A stretch of DNA of 64,000 nt from Myxococcota bacterium (GTDB lineage Bacteria; Myxococcota_A; SURF-8): the NCBI GenBank assembly GCA_965140415.1, contig OZ223209.1, forward strand, positions 1,312,001 through 1,376,000, given 5' to 3'. Both the position numbers and the translations under genes were made by a program. This document shows, in pieces, positions 1-8,271 of the stretch. The notes under the pieces are model-generated. The model worked only from the letters and a program-made list of their open reading frames with translations. It was not told the DNA's origin and did not search any database. The stretch's first letter is position 1. Each line of letters begins with the position of its first letter.

Positions 1-3000
1 TCATTCTTTTACTTCCCCGATCCTGCTGACGAGGTAAACCTGGCCAATCACGATTGCCAACGTGATGCGGATATCGAAATCGATCAGGACATGGAAACCA
101 TGGAAATCGATGTGACTGTTACGGCTCGCGGTGCTTGTGCTGAAGTGTTCAAGCAGTGGGAAGCCGGAGCGGCAAACATCACGGTCAATCCCTACTGGCT
201 TTGTGATGGCGGTGAAGATGTGTGCGACAATCCCTGGGATCGTCGCGCGGATAAAATATTCTATGATTTATCCGTAGAACCGGACCGTGTAGCGCTGCCG
301 CAATTGGATACCGCCGTTAACGATGCCTTCCGCTATAAAACCGCCTTCCGCAACCGGTCGGGAAAGAACATCGGATTTGCCCCCGAAATCTGCATTGAAG
401 GCTCGACGACGGCTCCCTATTGCTATGCGCCGTGGTTGATCGAGGAAAACCAGGAACGCGTCGATTGTGCTCTGTCGCTCTATCTCGACGAATTCAATAC
501 GCCGGGAGACGAGACAGCGGATCTGCTGCGGGGATATCTGGCTCGTAACTTCTCTTCTCGCTGCTTCGATGAAAATCTGGGAGCGGAAGCCTGTAATCGT
601 CCCGAAAACCGGATCGACGGCTTCGAGGCGCTCTCCAGCGAATTGCTGGTCATGCTGGGCGATGAATCCTATACCCGCGCATTCGCCAGTCGTTTCGATC
701 TGGCGGGAACCGGCAAAGCGGCTTTCGAGGGATCTCTTTTCGAGCCGGGCGGCATCAACCTGTCCGGGGTCGCCGGATACGAAATGTACAGCCTGTATCA
801 GGCAACCCAGTATTACCAACTTGCATTGGATCGCTTCTATCGCCTGCTGCCCGCGATTGCCGAATCCGTGGCTGCCGCAGACGGTGCTATCATCAGTGCG
901 GAAACCGTTACAAATTATCTCGATCGCCTGATCCGCGCCAGCACGCAGAAGTCGCGAGCCTGGAGTGAAGTGGCTACGCGCTACCAGAGCTTCAACCGAC
1001 CGGATCTGGCAAGGCGTGTCGTGCGCAGGGCTTATACCGCCACTTACCTGGAATCGGCGTTGATTACCCGCGTGATGCACAACATCATCGATGCCGTACC
1101 GCCAGAGAACGAAGCCCAGATTCTGGCTATCATCGATCAAGCCCAGATGCTTTACAAAGCGGCTCTGTTGGCTATGCGCGATGTGAATAAGGACATCACC
1201 GACGACGTGAACTATTTCGGCTTCTCGCCGGATTACATCCCGTTTTTGGCAACGGATTCCAGTAACTCCAATGCCTTTGAAAAACTCATGGATAGCGCCT
1301 GGAGTAAAGTCGAATTCGCGGCGGCAAAAGAGGACAAGGCGCTTAGTTCCAATCGTGATTACGAAACCGATTCAGCCTCTTTCCAGGCGGAACTGGTCAA
1401 AATCCGCAATTCCTATGAAACGCAGTTGATCGAGTATTGTGGTACATTTATTGGAACCGACGGTGCTACCTATCCGGCTATTGTCGAATACGCCGCCTAT
1501 CATCCCAAGGCTAAAATCCTGGCGGACCCCTGCGGCCTTGTCGGGAACGGCGCGATTTACGAAGAAATGGTTGGTATCGAGCAGGCTTCGATGGAACTGG
1601 ATCAGAAGATCCTGGAGCGCTCCAACATCATCGAGCGCATCAAGATCGAAGTCGATCGGCGCAACCAGGTTTGTGATGCAATCGAAGAATTGAAAGATTT
1701 CACCCTGAGTATGCATGACACCAAGATCGGCCTGCAATCGGCAATCGATTTGGCCGACATCATCGTCAACACGATTAAGCGTTCACAGGACTCGATTACC
1801 AACATCGCGGATTTGTCCAAATGCTCCGTCGGTACCAGTACTGACTGTCCTACAGCGGCCTGGTCCATTTCGATGGTAGCAGGAACGAGTATCGCCGCCA
1901 ATATTGCATTGACTTCGGTTGAAGCGGGAAAAGCGCTGGCGCAAAAGGGAATGATGGTGGCCGATAAGGAAATCGTGCGCATGGAGATGGATACCCAGTG
2001 CACCCTGGCCGAAATCGACTCCGATGCGGTGATCCGCAACCTGGCTTTAGACATGCTGACGGCGGATGTGGAAATCCACAAGGCCGCGCTGGCATTGCAA
2101 CTGGCGTATTCCCAGCTTGAAAAGCAGGTGAATACAGCGACGTTGACACGGGCGGAGTATTCGGAGATTCTTCAGCAGGCGATCAACGTCGAGGCGGCGC
2201 GCAACGATCCCAACGTCCGTATCTACAAGAACGACGCCGTCATCAATGCCGACCGTTCCTTCCAGACCGCTCTGCGAGAAGCGTACAAGGCGACCAAGCT
2301 GTTCGAGTATTACACCAGCCAGAGTTACGAGCATCTTGTGGATCTCTTTCTGGTGCGCATGGTTTCAGCCGGAGACTATAACCTTGAAAATTATCTCATG
2401 GAGCTAGACGGTGCGTTCTATGATTTCCAGGAGCAGTACGGCAACCCCGATCTCCGGTTGAGCATCGTGTCGCTGCGTGATGATGTGTTTAAGATTCCAT
2501 TATACGACGAACAGAATCCCGGTGTCGCTTTGCCGCAGAGCGAGCGTAACCGCTTGTTCGTCAATCGGTTGATGGAAGGAATGCGCTATGGGGAAGGCGG
2601 ATATCTTGTAAGCTTCAATACCCAGCTCGATCACATTTCCCCGTTGACTCGCAATCACAAGATCAATTACATCGAAGCCGAATTCCAGGGGGAAAACCTT
2701 GGAGATGAAGTCGGTAGACTTTATCTGATTCAGCGGGGAACGGGCACTGTTCATGCGGTGAGTGGAGATAAGGTATACTATCGTTTCCCGCCGCGTGCCG
2801 CCGTTATCAATACCTTCTTCAACGGCGATCGCAGTTTGCGTGTCGATGTCAACAGTAACGACATCTATGCAAACAGAAACTTGCGGGACCGGCCATTGAT
2901 CAACACCGAGTGGCAGTTAATCTTCGATCCGATTGCTGAGTGGGTCAACCAGGATATCAATCTCGATGGTATCAGCGATATCCGGCTGTACTTCTATTAC

Positions 3001-3021
3001 AACGACTACACCAGTCTCTGA
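1..3021 (+). CDS. 5'-truncated large protein with a TcA-like C-terminus (long helical hairpin plus TcB-binding-domain-like beta region)
   Basis: The frame is open from base 1 (SFFYFPDPADEV...), so the true start lies upstream. Long coiled-coil segments flank an apolar stretch (AAWSISMVAGTSIAANIAL). C-terminal motifs AYKATKLFEY, IVSLRDD, HKINYIE and TEWQLIFD...ISDIRLYFYY follow the order of TcA C-terminal motifs. Confidence 0.6.
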   Translation, partial: SFFYFPDPADEVNLANHDCQRDADIEIDQDMETMEIDVTVTARGACAEVFKQWEAGAANITVNPYWLCDGGEDVCDNPWDRRADKIFYDLSVEPDRVALPQLDTAVNDAFRYKTAFRNRSGKNIGFAPEICIEGSTTAPYCYAPWLIEENQERVDCALSLYLDEFNTPGDETADLLRGYLARNFSSRCFDENLGAEACNRPENRIDGFEALSSELLVMLGDESYTRAFASRFDLAGTGKAAFEGSLFEPGGINLSGVAGYEMYSLYQATQYYQLALDRFYRLLPAIAESVAAADGAIISAETVTNYLDRLIRASTQKSRAWSEVATRYQSFNRPDLARRVVRRAYTATYLESALITRVMHNIIDAVPPENEAQILAIIDQAQMLYKAALLAMRDVNKDITDDVNYFGFSPDYIPFLATDSSNSNAFEKLMDSAWSKVEFAAAKEDKALSSNRDYETDSASFQAELVKIRNSYETQLIEYCGTFIGTDGATYPAIVEYAAYHPKAKILADPCGLVGNGAIYEEMVGIEQASMELDQKILERSNIIERIKIEVDRRNQVCDAIEELKDFTLSMHDTKIGLQSAIDLADIIVNTIKRSQDSITNIADLSKCSVGTSTDCPTAAWSISMVAGTSIAANIALTSVEAGKALAQKGMMVADKEIVRMEMDTQCTLAEIDSDAVIRNLALDMLTADVEIHKAALALQLAYSQLEKQVNTATLTRAEYSEILQQAINVEAARNDPNVRIYKNDAVINADRSFQTALREAYKATKLFEYYTSQSYEHLVDLFLVRMVSAGDYNLENYLMELDGAFYDFQEQYGNPDLRLSIVSLRDDVFKIPLYDEQNPGVALPQSERNRLFVNRLMEGMRYGEGGYLVSFNTQLDHISPLTRNHKINYIEAEFQGENLGDEVGRLYLIQRGTGTVHAVSGDKVYYRFPPRAAVINTFFNGDRSLRVDVNSNDIYANRNLRDRPLINTEWQLIFDPIAEWVNQDINLDGISDIRLYFYYNDYTSL

Positions 3022-3066
3022 TTCTGATATACGGGTGGATTCCATTTCGCTGGAAACGAGGACGTG

Positions 3067-6000
3067 ATGAAACGCTTGAATGTCTGTTGGATCTCGATGC
3101 TTATGCTTTCTTTATTGCTGTTCACGGCTTGTGGCGGTTCAGGTGACAGCAACAATACCCCGCCCGATGGGGATGCCGATCAAATCGACAAGGAGATATC
3201 CGAAGATGGCGATGCGGATGTTGGTGATGGTGATATCGAGGAAGATGGTGCGACAATCGATGCCGATATCGATGGCGATATCGATGGCGATGCAGATGAA
3301 GAGTTGCCGGATGGAGATCTGGAAGTGGATGCCGATGGCGACACGGAGGGGCTTGTAGAAATCGATTGTGTGGCGTTGTACGGAGAAGGTTGGGCGTTCA
3401 ATCCTTCCGCTACGGAAGGCGATGGTTGCAAGGACTGTTCCACGAAAGTCTGCCCTGCCGAAAGTTCCGTCGGTATTTATCGCATCACCACTCTGGGAGG
3501 CCGATGTGTTTGTGAAACAGTAGACGACTATTTCTTCTCGGATACGACCTATCTTCCCACGCATTGCGACAGAGATCATGATGGTTGGGTGACGATCACC
3601 GCCCAGGAATTCGTTGAAAGCGACGATCCGGCGTTGCGGGAGAATGCTCGCTGTGATGTACGAACGGTGGAGCAGTTCTGGCTGCATCCCGAAGAGGAAA
3701 CCTACCCTGATGTCGAGGTCGATGTTGAACCGACCTCGCTTTACGAGCCGAACAACCGCGACGACCAGAACCAGCTCGATCTCGATGCCAGCCGCGCTCC
3801 GGAATACGGCAATGGTCGCCGACTTCGTGCTGATGAGTTGAACAGCCTGACCAAGTTCTGTGTAAACACCTTGGCGGATTATAACGGTAATGGCGTGGGT
3901 GATGTAGCGGAGTGGTCCGGGCATGAAGAACTGGACTCGACTTTTTCCGTATATGCACCTTTTGCATATTTCGCAGAGTTGAACCACGGATGGTACGATC
4001 CGGAAGATGGTGCGTATCATATCGCCGAAAACGGTCGTTTGAGTGATGAATTTCAAATGAGCGTTCCTGTCGTCACGGACGGTGGCAGCGAGTATTGGCG
4101 GCAGTGCCAACGTTTGACCGATGCCGCCTATGATCCCGAAGAACCGACGATCGGAATGGATTTTGCGACCTATGAAGGCATGTTCCATCATAGTCAGTTC
4201 AAGTGTCTGCATGTGGTGGAAGCTTCCGAACTGAGTGACCGCGAACCGCAAAAAGTTTCCGTAGATCAGGTGGCGGCTGGTTGGCGCTTGAATGAATGTC
4301 GGGTGCCGGATGATACGCCGATGGATGGAGATATCGATAACGAGTCTCTCCTGGACGGCGATCTGGAAGAAGAAATCGAGCTGTCCAGTCGAGGCGGCGG
4401 TGGTGACATAGACGGCGATGGGAGTGACGACGAAATCGAGTTCATTGACGGTGACGATGAGGGGAGCGTAGATGAGGACGAGCCCAATCCGTCTTATCCC
4501 GTGGTGGAATGCGAGGAGCGCGCAACAGTCAATGTCGGGGATGTCGGTCTGGCCGTGAGTAACTACATCGATTATTCGGCTGAGGGAGGCTATTCGCGTG
4601 GGTGCGTGAATGAATGCGTTGAAGGTTGGGGTGGTCTCGTCGACTGCAATGGCTACGAGGCAGGAACGGCGGATTGCGACACCGTTACTTCCGAATACGG
4701 CGCGGGTACTTGTGGCTGCGCTGGTAACTACGCCTATCCGGATTGCACCTCCTGCATCAACCATTATTCGTCGGAAAGCAACTGCACCGCCTGTTATGAC
4801 AATTCGGAGGAAGGTCACTGGAGTGGTGCGAATTGCGATGTGTGCCAGCAAAACTGGAACATCAATTCAGATTGTACCACCTGCATCAACCATTTTACTC
4901 CAGGTTCCGATTGCACCAGTTGCTACGACAACGACAATCGGGGGCACTGGACTGGTGACGAGTGTAATATTTGCAAGAATCAGTACACTCTGGCCTCCAA
5001 CTGCAAGCAATGCGAAACGAATTACACCTTGGAAAGCGCGTGTACGGAATGTTCCGGCAACTTCGATGTAGAGCAGAGCTGTGCTGAATGTCTGGATAAC
5101 GATACGGATGGTCACTGGACCGGATCGAGTTGCGATACCTGCCGGGAGAATTATTACAGCGGAGAGTTCGAGTCGGACAATCTGGTGATGACCGCTAACG
5201 GCAGCCAGACGATGGCGTATTGGGAAGATATGACGCCATCAAATTATGGTATTGAAGGTGGGGTAGGGTACATTCGGATAGACGTCAACCCATACATTCC
5301 GTATGTTACCTCGACCCACCAGATCATTCCTCTCGATTACGCACTTCCGATCATTGCGGACACGCAGTATCAGAACGTCAAGTTCTCCGTTCAAGCCTCC
5401 ATGAAATCCGTCGGTAACGTTCCGCTTATGGTTCAGTTCGTATACTACAATCGCGCTTACAAGAGTCTCGGAACAACGACATTTCAAAGTTCCGCTGCTT
5501 CATGGACCACAGCTGGACCGGAGACGTTTACTCTGACTACTGCCCAGCGGGAAATTCGTTTCGTCGTCGTTCGACTTATGACTTTTGGTGGAATCGGAGC
5601 GGGTTATTTCCGAGGCATAACCCTGACCGTTACTTCACCGAAAGTAGACAGCCAGCAATGCCGTTTCTGCGAAGCCGGGTATGCGGATGATCCGGATACG
5701 GAAGGCGATGACTGTCTGAATTGTCCTTCCGGTGTGATGAGCGAGGAACACTGGAACTCGAACGGCTGCTATAAGTGTGCGGATGACAATACGAACGGCC
5801 ATTGGGAAATGCCGGACTGTTCGGAATGTAAATTCCTGTGGAGCGGGCTTGGCTGTAATGTCTGTCAGGAAGGATCTTTCGCCAAGGATTCATCCGATCA
5901 ATGTACCAAGACAGCCAATCAGGCTTCCAATGGAGGTGCGGAATCCGCTGATATGAGCGCCTGGAACTCGAACATTCCTTTAACGCGCCACACCTCGCTG

Positions 6001-6423
6001 CACGATATCGATGCTGCCGCCAAGGGGCAGTACTTTTACTCGATGACGGATGCAGGAGGTGAAAACAATCCCTATGCCGAACAACGCATTACGGTGAGCC
6101 AGACGATTCGCGACGCCATTTCGGCAGGAAAGATCGGATATTTGAATGTGTTCGCATACCTTGCCGCTCACAATGAGTCCGATTCGCCGACCTTGAAAGT
6201 GTATCAGGTTACAAACGTTGGCGGCTCGGGAAGTCTGTGCAGCACTTCGCTCTCGACGGATAGTCCAACCTGGACTCAAATATCCAGATCCTGTTCGGTG
6301 AATAGCTCGGTCAAAGAGATTCGCATACGCCTGGAAGGCGAAAACGACAACGGCGGAGCCTGCAACGCATACTGGGACGACATCCAGGTGTTTTTCTCTG
6401 CCAAGACGAAAGATCTGTTGTAA
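3067..6423 (+). CDS. Large Cys-rich lipoprotein: DGD tract, Ca-binding-like loops, laminin-EGF-like repeats, two carbohydrate-binding-like jelly-roll domains
   Basis: Lipobox LLLFTA-C and GAGGA SD-like site upstream; GTG at 3064 or ATG at 3067. Contains DRDHDGW and DYNGNGVGD loops, four CxxCxD(N/D)xxxGHW repeats, and a C-terminal NGGAE...W...IRIRLEG...AYWDDIQV segment. Confidence 0.8.
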   Translation: MKRLNVCWISMLMLSLLLFTACGGSGDSNNTPPDGDADQIDKEISEDGDADVGDGDIEEDGATIDADIDGDIDGDADEELPDGDLEVDADGDTEGLVEIDCVALYGEGWAFNPSATEGDGCKDCSTKVCPAESSVGIYRITTLGGRCVCETVDDYFFSDTTYLPTHCDRDHDGWVTITAQEFVESDDPALRENARCDVRTVEQFWLHPEEETYPDVEVDVEPTSLYEPNNRDDQNQLDLDASRAPEYGNGRRLRADELNSLTKFCVNTLADYNGNGVGDVAEWSGHEELDSTFSVYAPFAYFAELNHGWYDPEDGAYHIAENGRLSDEFQMSVPVVTDGGSEYWRQCQRLTDAAYDPEEPTIGMDFATYEGMFHHSQFKCLHVVEASELSDREPQKVSVDQVAAGWRLNECRVPDDTPMDGDIDNESLLDGDLEEEIELSSRGGGGDIDGDGSDDEIEFIDGDDEGSVDEDEPNPSYPVVECEERATVNVGDVGLAVSNYIDYSAEGGYSRGCVNECVEGWGGLVDCNGYEAGTADCDTVTSEYGAGTCGCAGNYAYPDCTSCINHYSSESNCTACYDNSEEGHWSGANCDVCQQNWNINSDCTTCINHFTPGSDCTSCYDNDNRGHWTGDECNICKNQYTLASNCKQCETNYTLESACTECSGNFDVEQSCAECLDNDTDGHWTGSSCDTCRENYYSGEFESDNLVMTANGSQTMAYWEDMTPSNYGIEGGVGYIRIDVNPYIPYVTSTHQIIPLDYALPIIADTQYQNVKFSVQASMKSVGNVPLMVQFVYYNRAYKSLGTTTFQSSAASWTTAGPETFTLTTAQREIRFVVVRLMTFGGIGAGYFRGITLTVTSPKVDSQQCRFCEAGYADDPDTEGDDCLNCPSGVMSEEHWNSNGCYKCADDNTNGHWEMPDCSECKFLWSGLGCNVCQEGSFAKDSSDQCTKTANQASNGGAESADMSAWNSNIPLTRHTSLHDIDAAAKGQYFYSMTDAGGENNPYAEQRITVSQTIRDAISAGKIGYLNVFAYLAAHNESDSPTLKVYQVTNVGGSGSLCSTSLSTDSPTWTQISRSCSVNSSVKEIRIRLEGENDNGGACNAYWDDIQVFFSAKTKDLL

Positions 6424-6453
6424 GTCGATCTCTTACCGAGAAGAGGGGGGAAG

Positions 6454-7080
6454 CTAGCCCAACTGCGCCAGCAGCAGCGATTTCAGCCGCTCCAGGTCGA
6501 CCGGTTGCGGCTCGATGGGAATGCCCATCCAGTCGGAGAACTCGAAGATCTTTTCCGGGTCGTTCATTGCGACATCGTTGAACGAATCCAGGGGGCATAG
6601 CAGGCAGGCCTTGCCATGCTTGGGAAAGGTTTCGTTATTCATGCCGGCATCCCAGTTCGCGAAGACGGCCTTCCAGTACAGGAACCAGCCTGGTGTCAAC
6701 CAATACCGTTCCTGGCCTTCATACATCGTTTTGCGCTCTTCCACAGAGGCCAGAAAATCGAAGCAGTTGGCGGCCTGTAGCCGAGTCACTCCCGGTCCGT
6801 ATTCACCCATAATGCTTTCTACGCTCTTTTCCGGCTGTTTCATATCCAGGTAGCAGCGTTTTCCGTACAATACGATCACTCGCTCGGACTGCGCCGTCGC
6901 CTTTTCCAGTTGTTTGCGAAGCTGGCTTTCCAGTTCCGTCGGTTTGTCGTGTAGGCCGGGGGCGGTGTAGTAGATCTGGTCGGCATCGAGCCAGCCTTCT
7001 TCCTGCAACTTCGTCAGCTCCGGGCGCATGACTCCGCAGGATACGAGAGAATATCCTTTAAAGCTGTGTGTATCGGACAT
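6454..7080 (-). CDS. DUF1638-family protein
   Basis: SCGVMRPEL, PGLHDKPxEL, VLYGxxC and YWLTPGW motifs; AAGGAG SD. Confidence 0.8.
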   Translation of the reverse strand: MSDTHSFKGYSLVSCGVMRPELTKLQEEGWLDADQIYYTAPGLHDKPTELESQLRKQLEKATAQSERVIVLYGKRCYLDMKQPEKSVESIMGEYGPGVTRLQAANCFDFLASVEERKTMYEGQERYWLTPGWFLYWKAVFANWDAGMNNETFPKHGKACLLCPLDSFNDVAMNDPEKIFEFSDWMGIPIEPQPVDLERLKSLLLAQLG

Positions 7081-7172
7081 GTGATCTCCTTGCCTGGATG
7101 TAGGTGGTTCAGCTAGTAAGTTGAAATATTTATTTGTGATGCCTCAAGTCTAATGTCATTCTTCTGATCGTT

Positions 7173-8174
7173 TTATGTTGTTTTTAGTATGATGCCTTTA
7201 TCGAAGTAGCAAGTGTCCAGCCCTTCTGTGCCAATAAAGCTAGCTTCATTAATATTTTCCGCTTCTCGGAAATCTGCGTTATGGAGCAAGCATCTGTCGA
7301 AAACTGCACCTCTTAGATCGGCTCCGCTGAAAGCGGGTTTATAAATTGGAATGATATCGATTTCCTTCAAGTTTTCATCTCGTTCAATTTCTTCCCAATC
7401 TGCGGGGTCCGCCTTAACTTGGTCTTCATCCCATACGAGTTCTGAATTGGTAAAATTAGCTTTGCACAATCTCGAACAATGAAAAGAGCAATTTTCAAAT
7501 TCAGCAAAGGATAATTTTCCAATACCAAACTGAACCGCTTCACAATCAACAACTGAGAAGTCGACATTCACCAATTTGCTAAAATTATTCCTATGACTGA
7601 AACCATTTGAGAATTTACTTTCCTTCAATGAGCTAATGTCTATATCAAAAAAGGAAAAGTCTTTTACTTTCCACCCGCTGAAATCGATGTCCGTAACTCC
7701 ATAAGATGCAAGTTCTTGTAAAGCCGAGCCGATCGTCGCCTTTGCAAGCTCGTTATCTACGTCCTTGTAATCATCGATCTGACGACGAAGATGCTCGATT
7801 CTATTTTGCTGTTTTTGTTTGTGTTCGAAGATTCCAAGAATAATGACCACAAGAAAGATTTCCATGGTCACACCGACCATTTCAACAGCAACTCCTTGCC
7901 AATAATCGTTTAACAAATCCGTAAAATGACATAGAATTCCCAAGCATACCGTAAATAAGAATATGATGAGAAAGACTATAAGGCCCGGTTTCAGCCACGT
8001 TTTATTTTCACCGTAATACGTTTTGATTTGGATCGAATGTTTCGAGTAGATAGCAATCAGATCACGAATCCATTTGGCATAATAGACGTTCTGTGTTCGT
8101 GCCATATTCAAGAATTTCCTTAGCTTACAACCACTTTGATAACGTTTCCTCAATGATAGTATTATTAAAATCAT
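7173..8174 (-). CDS. Membrane-anchored pentapeptide-repeat protein (AT-rich; start uncertain)
   Basis: Two N-terminal hydrophobic helices; repeats such as FSGADLRGAVF and HNADFREA; visibly lower GC than the flanks. Confidence 0.75.
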   Translation of the reverse strand: MILIILSLRKRYQSGCKLRKFLNMARTQNVYYAKWIRDLIAIYSKHSIQIKTYYGENKTWLKPGLIVFLIIFLFTVCLGILCHFTDLLNDYWQGVAVEMVGVTMEIFLVVIILGIFEHKQKQQNRIEHLRRQIDDYKDVDNELAKATIGSALQELASYGVTDIDFSGWKVKDFSFFDIDISSLKESKFSNGFSHRNNFSKLVNVDFSVVDCEAVQFGIGKLSFAEFENCSFHCSRLCKANFTNSELVWDEDQVKADPADWEEIERDENLKEIDIIPIYKPAFSGADLRGAVFDRCLLHNADFREAENINEASFIGTEGLDTCYFDKGIILKTT

Positions 8175-8271
8175 TTTACAAAGGAAAAGGCAGTGTTTTC
8201 CGTGAGTTCAATACTGTATCGTCTCAATTACACCTGCGACATATTCTGTCCTACTTGTTTCGCACCTTATA

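Noticed and set aside
7081-7172. Integron attC sites after the AT-rich singleton genes (here and at 28430-28467)
   Set aside because: No RYYYAAC...GTTRRRY inverted structure seen and no integrase in the window.
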